Part shown: positions 18,004-27,112 of the stretch, piece after piece
Position numbering within the stretch: the stretch's first letter is position 1
How the letters are laid out: each line of letters begins with the position of its first letter
Origin: a virus
Direction: 5' to 3' (one strand)
Virus record (IMG/VR): IMGVR_UViG_3300025030_000086
Span: 9,158 to 73,157 of that record
DNA: 64,000 nucleotides
Notes under the pieces: model-generated
Databases searched by the model: none
Seen by the model: the letters and a program-made list of their open reading frames with translations, nothing else
Told to the model about the DNA's origin: nothing
Translations under genes and position numbers: made by a program

Positions 18004-18650
18004 AAAAATTAACCGAAGTAGACCTTGCAAAACCTGTAATCTCCTATCTTGAAGAAAGAGGGTGGGATGTTTACCAAGAAGTATTAATATATGGTAAAAT
18101 AGCTGATATTGTAGCTACTTTTGGTAAATTAACATGGATTCTTGAGTGTAAGACCTCATTATCTTTAAAATTATTGGAACAAATCTATGCTTGGAGAGGC
18201 AGGGCAAATTATTTATCTATAGTTATTCCAATTGCAGTAAGTAATGGTTTTACAAAGGATTTATTAATAAAGAATAAAATAGGAGTTTTAACTATTAGAA
18301 ATTCAGAGGTATTTGAAAATATTCACCCACAATTGAATAGGAAAGTAATAAATATACAAAAATTCATTAAACCGGAACATAAAACTTGGGCTGAAGCTGG
18401 TTCTCAACACGGTTATTATACACCTTTTCAACAAACAAAAACAAATATAGAATATAGGATTAAAAATTACCCAAATGGTATACTATTTAAAGATTTTATG
18501 AAATTGACTGAACATCACTATGCTTCTGAAGCAACGGCTAGGTCTTGTTTACAAAAATGGATAGAATCTGGTATTATAAAAGGTGCTAAAATTGTTAATC
18601 AAGACAATAAATTATTCATCTACCCAGTAATTATTGACAAGTCTAAATAA
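18000..18650 (+). CDS. PD-(D/E)XK nuclease, MmcB-like
   Basis: TE.DL, VYQEV, IADIVA, ILECKT.LSL.LLEQ. Confidence 0.65.
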   Translation: MKKLTEVDLAKPVISYLEERGWDVYQEVLIYGKIADIVATFGKLTWILECKTSLSLKLLEQIYAWRGRANYLSIVIPIAVSNGFTKDLLIKNKIGVLTIRNSEVFENIHPQLNRKVINIQKFIKPEHKTWAEAGSQHGYYTPFQQTKTNIEYRIKNYPNGILFKDFMKLTEHHYASEATARSCLQKWIESGIIKGAKIVNQDNKLFIYPVIIDKSK

Positions 18651-18661
18651 TATGGTATATT
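18634..18661 (+). promoter_or_regulatory. sigma70-type promoter
   Basis: TTGACA-16-TATATT with extended TG. Confidence 0.55.
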
Positions 18662-18827
18662 AAAGATATGAAAACAATAGCAAATATATTAATAAGTTGT
18701 ACAATATCGGTATGGGTATATATTTTATTTTTTGAGTCTTTGGTAAATACTTTTTTATATCAACCATTATTGGCATTAGGTCTTATATTCATAATTTATT
18801 ATATTATATTTTATTTATTGGAGACAT

Positions 18828-19154
18828 ATGACAAAATACAAAAAGGGTTATAAAGTTGTTCAAAAAAGCACTTTAATTTCTTGTTCTATTCTGAATAAAG
18901 GTATTAAATACAAAGTAAATGATTGGGTTAAACCTAGGAAAGATTGTGGGCCTTTGTGTGTATTTGATTCTTTATCATGTATTAAAAAATATTAATCCCA
19001 TAACACAGATACTATTTATGAATGTTTATATGAACCAGATTTAGAAGAAAATTTTGTATATTTACAAACTTCATCAGTATTTTTGAATTTGCCATATTTA
19101 ACATGAGGTACGGTATTGGCAAAAAAGGTAAAACTTATAAAAAGGATCCGCTAA
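18828..19154 (+). pseudogene. phage hypothetical gene with two in-frame stops
   Basis: Continuous frame MTKYKKGYKVV..CGPLCVF..KKY*(TAA)SHNT..YECLYEP..YLT*(TGA)GTVLAKKVKLIKRIR*. Confidence 0.6.
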
Positions 19155-19165
19155 AAAGGAGATTC

Positions 19166-19342
19166 ATGGATTGGGAAGAGGCTTGTAAAATATCAGATTC
19201 TTCTATAGCTGTAAGAATAGATGAAAATGGTACAAAAATTCATAGAAATTCCTTTGGAGTATGGTATTTCAATTCTGAATTTACTGGAATATATCTTGAA
19301 GAGAAAACAGCAGAAGGTTTTCTTGATTGGAAACCATTCTAA
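19166..19342 (+). CDS. hypothetical protein (paralog of 20511-20711)
   Basis: AGGAG RBS; MDWEEACK..EGFLDWKP. Confidence 0.6.
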   Translation: MDWEEACKISDSSIAVRIDENGTKIHRNSFGVWYFNSEFTGIYLEEKTAEGFLDWKPF

Positions 19343-19515
19343 ATATATGAAATGATTGAGGAATATTAGATGAATTGTTCTCTATGTAATACAGAATGTA
19401 TTAGGGATGTTGTTGATAATGGTGTTGGTGAAGAATATTCTCCTTGGTCTTGTCCCAATTGTGGGTGGTATCAAGGAGATGAAGTAGATGAATTATTTAA
19501 GGAGGAATACAAGAT

Positions 19516-19722
19516 ATGTTAACAAAATTAGCGGTTAGATACTTAACATATAAGTTGAGAAAAGATAAGGGTTTTTGGATAAGTTATCAATCCAATATAG
19601 CAATGACTTTTTTTGATAATTATTATAAATTTTTTCCTAAAACAAGGCATTCAAGATTATCTATATCTAAATTTTGTAATACAAGTGCTGAAGATTTTTT
19701 AAATCTATGGACAAGGAGATAG
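19516..19722 (+). CDS. hypothetical protein
   Basis: GGAGG RBS, 68 aa. Confidence 0.6.
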   Translation: MLTKLAVRYLTYKLRKDKGFWISYQSNIAMTFFDNYYKFFPKTRHSRLSISKFCNTSAEDFLNLWTRR

Positions 19723-19724
19723 AA

Positions 19725-19988
19725 ATGATACGAAAAAATCCTTACCAAATGCTTTTGGATAAAATTGTTACTTTTTGTAATAATGATATTATTTATAGAC
19801 ATCAAAAATTAATGTTTATATATCCGATAGATAAATTAACTAATACTTGGACTATGAATCAATTATATGAAAGAGTGGTGGCAGCGGATCAATTAAGATA
19901 TGATGTAGTATTGAAATCTACAAATAATGGCTTAGAAGTTCATTATATTAAACAGATAGAAATACCTATTGAATGGAGAAATTATTAA
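19725..19988 (+). CDS. hypothetical protein
   Basis: AGGAG RBS before ATG 19725. Confidence 0.6.
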   Translation: MIRKNPYQMLLDKIVTFCNNDIIYRHQKLMFIYPIDKLTNTWTMNQLYERVVAADQLRYDVVLKSTNNGLEVHYIKQIEIPIEWRNY

Positions 19989-20182
19989 TGGCTGATTATT
20001 ATTTAGATACGATGGATTATGGAGATGAAGAGAACTACCCCTATCCTTATAAAATGGATAGGGGGCCTGGGAAATGTCCCATATGTGGTGATTTTACATT
20101 TAAAAGAAAGGGGAAATTTGGTTCTTTTTATGGCTGTAGTAAATATCCTATATGCAAAGGGAGTAGATGTTTTGATGAATAA
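19988..20182 (+). CDS. topoisomerase-type C4 zinc-finger protein
   Basis: CPICG...RKGKFGSFYGCSKYPICKG. Confidence 0.75.
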   Translation: MADYYLDTMDYGDEENYPYPYKMDRGPGKCPICGDFTFKRKGKFGSFYGCSKYPICKGSRCFDE

Positions 20183-20510
20183 AATGGTAAAAAAGAAGTG
20201 TGTTTGGTATTGTTATGTATGTGGAAAAGCGTTAGGTAAGATTTTCTCACTGGCTTCGATGAGGAATAGTACGGATAGAGTATTTTTAGCACATATAAAA
20301 TGTTCGGTTCAAATAGGTGATTCTTTTATAATGGATGTAGAAAAGAAAAGCATTAAATATTCAGAAGAAGAAAGGATATAATTTATGCTATGTTAGGTAA
20401 ATTCTTACTTTATCTATTAAATGAAATAATATTTTTTATCTGTATGTTTATAGGATTTAGATATAGGAACACTAAGCTATATAATAAAGTTTCTAAATTG
20501 GTTATATAAA

Positions 20511-20711
20511 ATGCATTGGACAGAGGCTTGTAAAAAATCCCCAATAGGAATAGCGGAAAGAAGAGATTTAGATACAGAAGTAGAATCAATCTATTATAAA
20601 TATAAAGAAGGACATGTAGTAGGTAAGAAAAATGGTATATACTATTATAATAATATTCCTATGTTTAAAATAGAGGGTTATTTAGATTGGACACCTTGTT
20701 ATAAAATATAA
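20511..20711 (+). CDS. hypothetical protein (paralog of 19166-19342)
   Basis: MHWTEACK..EGYLDWTP. Confidence 0.6.
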   Translation: MHWTEACKKSPIGIAERRDLDTEVESIYYKYKEGHVVGKKNGIYYYNNIPMFKIEGYLDWTPCYKI

Positions 20712-21420
20712 TTTTTCCCAATTTTTTCAATAGTTTAGACATACCCCCTAACATAAATAATTTATATCTATTGGCAATCCTGAAAAATATGGTCGGTATT
20801 TTTATACCCCATCCGGCTTATTTCTCGCTTGCAATTAAAAATAATCACTAAAGTATTGATTTTATTGATATTTTTGGTGATGGTCTGTTAATAACTTTTG
20901 TGAATAATAAGACATTCTTTTACATATTAGTTGCATAAAAGCGTAAACTATTGATTTTATTAATGTTTATTTATGGTTTACACTTCTGATATACTGTAAA
21001 CCTCATATAGGAATGTTTCACTTTGAAACATTATAGACAATAAACTGAACATCATAATTAGTGAATAAATGTCTATTAGTTGATATACTATACCTCATAT
21101 ACACTATATATTGTATAATAAGTAATAAAATACTATAGATTATCAGATATATGAGTAATGATATGTTATATCTATAAGACTAAAGAAATAGAATAAAGCA
21201 TTATACTATAGATTGCTATACATGATAGATGTTATTAAAATAATAATAGAAGCTGATCATATACATGTTAATCATAAATCCGGTTAATGGTAGTAAATAT
21301 ATAAAATAGACATTAATAACTATATATGCTATAGATATATAATTTAACACTTAATAGGGGGTTATATATGCAGTCTGTTTAATAGCAGACTTACATACAT
21401 AAATAATCATTAATCTTTTA

Positions 21421-21456
21421 ATAGGATATTGCTTATATAGGATATCCTATTTTTTT
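21421..21456 (+). terminator. intrinsic terminator
   Basis: ATAGGATAT...ATATCCTAT followed by a T run. Confidence 0.6.
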
Positions 21457-21580
21457 ATCTCTACACTGCCATATCCTTGTTTTAATCCACTTTTTATTAC
21501 TCCACTTATATCTTAGTATTGTTTATCTGTATAACCTGCTATACAGGCGGATAAGCGTTATAATTAGTATTTATTAATTA

Positions 21581-21611
21581 TTGACAAAAACAAAAAAAGT
21601 ATTATTATAAT
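21581..21611 (+). promoter_or_regulatory. sigma70-type promoter of small-gene cassette
   Basis: TTGACA-16-TATTAT(AAT). Confidence 0.65.
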
Positions 21612-21638
21612 AATAGAACATCATTTCAGGGGATTAAA

Positions 21639-21902
21639 ATGAGTATATTATTAAAAATGGATAGCAAAAAAAGAGTAAATAGTCTCAAGGGTAAAATAGT
21701 AATAATTGAGACTAATAAAATAGATTTATTAAATTCTACATTCCAGACTACTGTATATGTAACAGAAATAAGAAAATTTATATCTGAAAAAGCCTCTTTA
21801 GAATTTGTTAAATCATTAAATTGTAAGGATGTAAAAAATGTCTTTATATCAGATAATAGAAATATAATAAAAACAAACGTAACGCATTTGACAAAAAAAT
21901 AG
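21639..21902 (+). CDS. hypothetical protein (first gene of cassette)
   Basis: GGGG RBS downstream of the promoter. Confidence 0.6.
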   Translation: MSILLKMDSKKRVNSLKGKIVIIETNKIDLLNSTFQTTVYVTEIRKFISEKASLEFVKSLNCKDVKNVFISDNRNIIKTNVTHLTKK

Positions 21903-22261
21903 GGGGTTGAAATGAAAACTTTATCTTTTAAAATAGCAGTAAAGGGGGTAATCTACACGGTCTCTTTACTGGAGTTGCAAACATTACAGATAAAACATAT
22001 TACTTTTAGATATGTTATAGGATAGGGGGTTGAAATGGATATATCTGAAATATGAGATAGAAAATATTTTAAATAATAATTAATGTATAGGAATATATAT
22101 CCGATAAAGTATATGGAACATAAATAGGGGGTGTAAAATGGAAAAGAAAATCATATACAAAGTCAAGATAGAAAACAGGTTTTTCACCTTAACAGAAGTT
22201 GAATACAAGGCTTTAGTTGCGAAAGGTAAAATAATTAATGTGCTTTACAAGGGGGTATAAA

Positions 22262-22480
22262 ATGACTAAAAAAGATTATATAAAGATAGCAGATACATTA
22301 ATTGACAGTTTTAAGGATTGTTGCGGATTGGAGTCGAATGACATACGTTATATCCATAGATTATATCTCAATAAGTTTTGTGACATGTTAACAGTAGATA
22401 ATAGTAAGTTTGATGTTAATAAATTTAAAGAGTATATTGAGAAAAGAATAAGGATTGATTCTACAATGGAGTTAAAATAA
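22262..22480 (+). CDS. conserved phage early protein
   Basis: MTKKDYIKIA..DNSKFD..KF pattern, GGGGG RBS. Confidence 0.7.
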   Translation: MTKKDYIKIADTLIDSFKDCCGLESNDIRYIHRLYLNKFCDMLTVDNSKFDVNKFKEYIEKRIRIDSTMELK

Positions 22481-23112
22481 TGGAACTAATAACAGGTATA
22501 ATATTATTGATCAATTTGGTTGCCGTTGTTTTGGTTGCAGTAATATCAATAATAATGTATTTATTGAAAGGATAATAAAAAATGATAATAGTAGGAGTAT
22601 TGAACATTAAAACTAATATAATAGAAAATAAGTTTTTGAGTAGAAATGAAATAAAAGATTTACTGTCTAAAGGGGTATCAGTTTACTATCGTTTGAATGA
22701 TTTTTGGATATTATAAAGGGGGTAATATGGAAAATATTATGCAAGAAATTAAAAAGGACTATGATAATGCTGAAAATTTCTTTTTTTCATATGATAGAAG
22801 TATCGTAACATTTACTTGTATAAAGGACGGGGTGTTACATAGAATGATGTATAACAGAAGATTAAAATTATATACTATTACAGAAATAGGGGGGTAATAT
22901 GGAAAGCGTAGTTATAAAAGAGGAAAATATGAAAAATGGATCTTTAACTCTATTCAATCCTGTTAATAAATTAATAAATAATAGGATTATAGTAAATGGG
23001 ATTGCTATGACTATACAGGAGTTTAGGGTAATGAAAGAGGGGGTTAAATAATAATTAATGTATAGGAATATATATCCGATAAAGTATGTAGACATAAATC
23101 AGGGGGGTTAAA

Positions 23113-23301
23113 ATGATTATAACAATTACGAATAAAGAACATAAAGAGTACATAAAGGGTAAATATGTTAGTGCTCATAATTTTGTAACTTGTATAGAAA
23201 ATAATATATTATTTATTGATTTTACTTATTTTACTAACACTTTGACAAGAAAATACTGTCGGTATTATCCATCAACAAAACTCTTTATATTAGTAAAATA
23301 A
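23113..23301 (+). CDS. hypothetical protein
   Basis: GGGGGG RBS. Confidence 0.55.
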   Translation: MIITITNKEHKEYIKGKYVSAHNFVTCIENNILFIDFTYFTNTLTRKYCRYYPSTKLFILVK

Positions 23302-23323
23302 CAATTATATATAGGGGGTTGAA

Positions 23324-23542
23324 ATGACAAAAATAATTAGAATAGAAAGAATGGCAGCAAAAAAAGGATATATCATTAATATTGCTCCTGCTAATAGCTG
23401 GATAGGAAGCAAGGGTAAGGGAAAATGGGCATACAGCCTTTATATTAAGGGGCAGGGCATATATGAGCCTATTAAAGCTTATGGATCATTGATAAAATTG
23501 GAAGAGTCATTAAAACAAATTTTTTTATCTTTATCTTATTAA
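23324..23542 (+). CDS. hypothetical protein
   Basis: GGGGG RBS. Confidence 0.55.
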   Translation: MTKIIRIERMAAKKGYIINIAPANSWIGSKGKGKWAYSLYIKGQGIYEPIKAYGSLIKLEESLKQIFLSLSY

Positions 23543-23680
23543 AGGGGGTTAAATAATGGAAAATATGGAAAGGGCATTAAATCCGGTTGCGTTAAAAATA
23601 TTGATAGAAAATAAGCAAAAATATGTATCGGATACACTTAGTATATTAGCAGAATTGTTAAAAAAATTAAAGGGGGTAAA

Positions 23681-24151
23681 ATGATAAATATACAAGTATA
23701 TCAAGAAATTGCACGGGTTTTGAATGCTATGGAAAATTGCAGGAAAATAAAAAAAGATAGTAATGAAACACTATATAATGAAACATACTGGTATGATAGA
23801 CATGCTGAAAAGGTAGATTATATTATTAAAAACTATTTACCCCACGGATCAGGGATTGACAGCAAAACTGAAATAGACTTTGCAAAAAGTAATGATGATA
23901 AGATAGTAATTAATAGTGGATATCATTGTATGAATTCAAATGGTTATTATGATGGATGGGTCAATTTTAGAATATTAATAATTCCTTGTTTACTTTTTGG
24001 TTTTAAACTAAAGATAATAGGTAATTTTGGGAAGTATAAACATGTAAAGGATTATTTATATGATTTATATCATTATAATCTTGATCAAAATTTTGATACT
24101 GAAAAGTATAATAGATTTTATGATGATAACAATAAAATTAATGTATCCTGA
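23681..24151 (+). CDS. conserved phage hypothetical protein
   Basis: LPHGSGID..YHCMNSNGYYDGW motif. Confidence 0.7.
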   Translation: MINIQVYQEIARVLNAMENCRKIKKDSNETLYNETYWYDRHAEKVDYIIKNYLPHGSGIDSKTEIDFAKSNDDKIVINSGYHCMNSNGYYDGWVNFRILIIPCLLFGFKLKIIGNFGKYKHVKDYLYDLYHYNLDQNFDTEKYNRFYDDNNKINVS

Positions 24152-24195
24152 AATATATCCGATAAAGTATATAGAACATAAATGAGGGGGTTGAA

Positions 24196-24477
24196 ATGAA
24201 AATTATTACAAAAATAATGGAAGTTTATGAATTTTCGGAACTGAATGAGGATGCAAAAAAGAAGGTAATAAATAATTATATTAATTTTTTATTGGAAGCT
24301 TTACCATATGAGGATATGTCGGAAAATATGAAAAAAGCTTGTGATAAAGCTGAACATATGAGAACCCCTTGGTTTACGGGTAGTTACATTTTTGATTATT
24401 GTATAGATGAGTTGCAGGAGACATTACAAAACTGTTATGAATTTTTGGCCGATGGTAGCATTTATAGTGATAATTAA
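24196..24477 (+). CDS. conserved phage hypothetical protein
   Basis: VYEFSEL..AK.K..YEFLADG motif. Confidence 0.7.
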   Translation: MKIITKIMEVYEFSELNEDAKKKVINNYINFLLEALPYEDMSENMKKACDKAEHMRTPWFTGSYIFDYCIDELQETLQNCYEFLADGSIYSDN

Positions 24478-24489
24478 GGGGGTGGAGTA

Positions 24490-24759
24490 ATGAAAATTCC
24501 TAAAAAATATACTGGATACAAGTTTAAGAGAAAATTATTAAATAAAATACTTAAATATGCATATCCGCCAACATATAATGCACGCAATGCAATTGGTTAT
24601 TCATTCTCCATTACCCTGGAAAATGATATATATAATTGGGTGGGTGGGTGGGATTTTGATACGCATGATATAAAAGAGGATTTTTTCCTGGATTTTAAAG
24701 ATTTTGTAGTATATTATATAGAGTCTGGGGAAGCAGTTGCAAGAGGGGGGTTGAAATGA
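24490..24759 (+). CDS. hypothetical protein
   Basis: RBS and packed ORF. Confidence 0.55.
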   Translation: MKIPKKYTGYKFKRKLLNKILKYAYPPTYNARNAIGYSFSITLENDIYNWVGGWDFDTHDIKEDFFLDFKDFVVYYIESGEAVARGGLK

Positions 24760-24959
24760 AAAATGAGAATGAAAAGTTAGGGTTACGTTTATCAAGTTAC
24801 ATTTGTAATGAAATGTTGCTAATTTGTGGGATGACATATCAAGAGTGTTTAGAATTTACAAAAAAACTTGAAATTATGGTTAAACAGTCAGATTTTTTAG
24901 AATTATACGATGGAACTACTTATTATAAAACATTTACACCGATAGAAAAGAGGGGGTAA
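24756..24959 (+). CDS. hypothetical protein
   Basis: GGGGGG RBS, overlapping start/stop. Confidence 0.55.
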   Translation: MKNENEKLGLRLSSYICNEMLLICGMTYQECLEFTKKLEIMVKQSDFLELYDGTTYYKTFTPIEKRG

Positions 24960-25155
24960 AATTATGCTTTATAAAGTAATTACTGTAAAAAATAAAAAAG
25001 AGAAAATTTTTACTGATAATACTTGCAATGGAGTTATTTTCAATTTTTGTGATAATTTTTTAAAGTTTTGGAATGTATCATATGAGATATATGAGTATAG
25101 CAATAAAAAATGGGTGTTAATTGGATATAGTAATAATCCGTAAAGGGGGTTATAA

Positions 25156-25521
25156 ATGAAAAATTTTAGATATAAGATTATGCAAAAAGGTGACAATTAT
25201 GTAGAAGCGAATGAGGTCAATTTTTTTGGCATTTTTGGCACAAAATATCATATTGAAAGCATTTTATTAAGCCTTGACTGTTATGATACAAACTTTTATA
25301 AAAATACAATAATTAATTTACAAGAGAATGAGCATCTTTTCAGATATACAAATGATAGATGCAAAACTGGGAAAGTAACCCCTTTAGTAAAGATCAATAT
25401 TGATAAAGGATTAATCTATTTTTTGGCAGATAATGAGTATAATAAAAGCTTTGATAATTTTCCAATTTTTGATAGCAGGGGCGAACAATTAACATTTTTA
25501 GTGTTAAAAAATAAGCTATAA
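25156..25521 (+). CDS. hypothetical protein (last gene of cassette)
   Basis: GGGGG RBS. Confidence 0.6.
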   Translation: MKNFRYKIMQKGDNYVEANEVNFFGIFGTKYHIESILLSLDCYDTNFYKNTIINLQENEHLFRYTNDRCKTGKVTPLVKINIDKGLIYFLADNEYNKSFDNFPIFDSRGEQLTFLVLKNKL

Positions 25522-25530
25522 TTTTATAAA

Positions 25531-25572
25531 AAATAAGGGGTTGATCCTATAGGGTTAATCCCTTATTTTTTT
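25531..25572 (+). terminator. intrinsic terminator, probably bidirectional
   Basis: AAATAAGGGGTTGATCCTATAGGGTTAATCCCTTATTTTTTT. Confidence 0.75.
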
Positions 25573-25578
25573 ATATTA

Positions 25579-25671
25579 ATACAGTGGTATGATTTACAAA
25601 TTTTTTTTGATACAGTGGATTGATTTACAAATTTTTTTTGATACAGTGGTATGATTTACAAATTTTTTTTG
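25579..25671. repeat. 31-bp tandem repeat x3 (ATACAGTGGTATGATTTACAAATTTTTTTTG)
   Basis: Seen directly; copy 2 differs at two bases. Confidence 0.95.
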
Positions 25672-25813
25672 ATATGGCGGTAAAGGTCTTCAGGATTGCC
25701 ATTATATGGCAGGATATGGCGGTAAAGGTCTTCAGGATTGCCATTATATGGCAGGATATGGCGGTAAAGGTCTTCAGGATTGCCATTATATGGCAGGATA
25801 TGGCGGTAAAGGT
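25671..25813. repeat. 42-bp tandem repeat x3.4 (GATATGGCGGTAAAGGTCTTCAGGATTGCCATTATATGGCAG)
   Basis: Perfect copies with internal palindrome TGCCAT-TAT-ATGGCA. Confidence 0.95.
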
Positions 25814-25839
25814 ATAAAAAATGTTACAAATTGAAACAA

Positions 25840-25945
25840 AAACAATATATTGTGTTGCAAAAATGATACATACAAGATATAGTCATACCATATATAGTAT
25901 GTTACGAAAAAGTAACACAACATATAGTCATACCATATATAGTGT
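25840..25945. promoter_or_regulatory. array of five NrdR-box-like 16-mers
   Basis: AAACAATATATTGTGT, ATACAAGATATAGTCA, ATACCATATATAGTAT, ACACAACATATAGTCA, ATACCATATATAGTGT versus consensus acaCwAtATaTwGtgt. Confidence 0.5.
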
Positions 25946-26000
25946 TGTAAAAATGATACACCACAAATGGATATATGAGGAAGTCTCAAAACTGCAAAAA

Positions 26001-26072
26001 TGAGCTACCTACTTCAGATACCAAAATTGAGATACCAATTTAGGATGAGCTACCTACTTCAGATACCAATTT
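26001..26072 (+). repeat. direct repeat TGAGCTACCTACTTCAGATACCAA x2 with extra AGATACCAA
   Basis: Copies at 26001 and 26046. Confidence 0.9.
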
Positions 26073-26084
26073 TAATAAAAATAT

Positions 26085-26112
26085 TTGACAATTAATAAAA
26101 TTAAGATATACT
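26085..26112 (+). promoter_or_regulatory. early sigma70-type promoter
   Basis: TTGACA-16-TATACT; near-identical to 26481. Confidence 0.75.
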
Positions 26113-26148
26113 GATAATTAGAATATAATAATAATAGGAGATATCAGC

Positions 26149-26475
26149 ATGAAAAATCTTACAAAGAAAACCACAAAAGAACATTATGAAAAGTTTAGAG
26201 ATATGGCAATTGGAGCAGAGATAACATTAAAAAGATTGCCAAAACCTTTGGGTTATTCTGTAGAAGAGTTGAGAAAACTATATATAGAAGATAATAATCT
26301 AAACAATATACCATTAATTGAATTGGACAGTTTTTACTTGTGTTTACCATCATATACAAGGAAAATTATAACTAATATGGCAGATAATTGTTGCGTATAC
26401 AAACATTTATTAATTTATGAAGTTTTAGGAGCTACACCTATTTTTACAGATATCCCCCTTAATTTGAGGGATTAA
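26149..26475 (+). CDS. hypothetical protein
   Basis: AGGAG RBS, own promoter. Confidence 0.65.
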   Translation: MKNLTKKTTKEHYEKFRDMAIGAEITLKRLPKPLGYSVEELRKLYIEDNNLNNIPLIELDSFYLCLPSYTRKIITNMADNCCVYKHLLIYEVLGATPIFTDIPLNLRD

Positions 26476-26480
26476 AATAT

Positions 26481-26508
26481 TTGACAATTAATAAAATTCA
26501 TATATACT
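26481..26508 (+). promoter_or_regulatory. early sigma70-type promoter
   Basis: TTGACA-16-TATACT. Confidence 0.75.
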
Positions 26509-26529
26509 AATAATAAAGGAGAACATAAA

Positions 26530-27096
26530 ATGGAAACAATAAGAGAAGAGATTTATAAAAATTATACTATAAAGATTGTAGTAGATGATAGGCCCCTTGA
26601 TCCTATAGAAGAGTTTGATAGTTTTGGAAAGATGGTATGTTTCCATAAGTGGTATAGTTTAGGTCATAAGCATAATCTTAGAAGTGGTGATTTTGATTCT
26701 TTGGAAGATGTTAAAAATTATTTAATAAAAGAGGAGAAAGCCTATATTATCCTTCCCCTTTATTTATACGATCATTCAGGAATTACAATAAGCACAACCC
26801 CCTTTAATTGTATGTTTGACAGTGGACAGATAGGTTTTATTTATGCCACAAAAGAACAGATATTAAAGGAATATGGGGTTAAAAGGATAACCCCTAAAAT
26901 CAGAAAGAAAGTGGAAAAACTTCTCATAGCTGAAGTTGACACTTATGACAAATATTTAACAGGGGAAGTCTACGGTTTCCAGATATTGAAGGATGGGGAT
27001 ATTGAAGATAGTTGTTACGGATATTATGACACCCCTAAAAATATTATGTCTGAATGTAAGTTGAGAATAGATGAATATGAGGAACAATTTATTTAA
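26530..27096 (+). CDS. conserved phage/ICE hypothetical protein
   Basis: LPLYLYDHSGITIST.PF..FDSGQIGFIY..YLTGEVYG..DSCYGYY. Confidence 0.75.
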   Translation: METIREEIYKNYTIKIVVDDRPLDPIEEFDSFGKMVCFHKWYSLGHKHNLRSGDFDSLEDVKNYLIKEEKAYIILPLYLYDHSGITISTTPFNCMFDSGQIGFIYATKEQILKEYGVKRITPKIRKKVEKLLIAEVDTYDKYLTGEVYGFQILKDGDIEDSCYGYYDTPKNIMSECKLRIDEYEEQFI

Positions 27097-27112
27097 AAAA
27101 GGAGAACTATAA

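Larger units (their letters stand above)
20712..21638. other. large non-coding block with IHF-, DnaA- and NrdR-like boxes and palindromes
   Basis: No ORF of 60 aa or more over about 920 bp; WATCAANNNNTTR matches at 20849 and 20944 (minus); TTATTCACA at 20899 (minus); palindrome at 21014. Confidence 0.7.
22069..24183 (+). repeat. three dispersed copies of a ~55-bp intergenic element (22069-22125, 23044-23099, 24136-24183)
   Basis: AATTAATGTAT..ATATATCCGATAAAGTAT..ACATAAAT; copies 1 and 2 are identical over 44 bp. Confidence 0.9.

Noticed and set aside
21014-21030. parS site
   Set aside because: The half-sites match TGTTTCA/TGAAACA but the spacer is 3 bp rather than 2 and no parB is seen; treated instead as a member of the local 17-bp palindrome family.
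18828-22080. Stop-codon reassignment (TGA readthrough)
   Set aside because: Long conserved genes are intact in the standard code, many end in TGA, Trp uses TGG, and no suppressor tRNA was found.
25579-25813. CRISPR array
   Set aside because: The units are head-to-tail and essentially identical, with no unique spacers, and no cas genes are in the window.
25620-26003. ORFs 25620-25817, 25786-25989 and 25821-26003
   Set aside because: Translations of DNA repeats downstream of a terminator, with no RBS.
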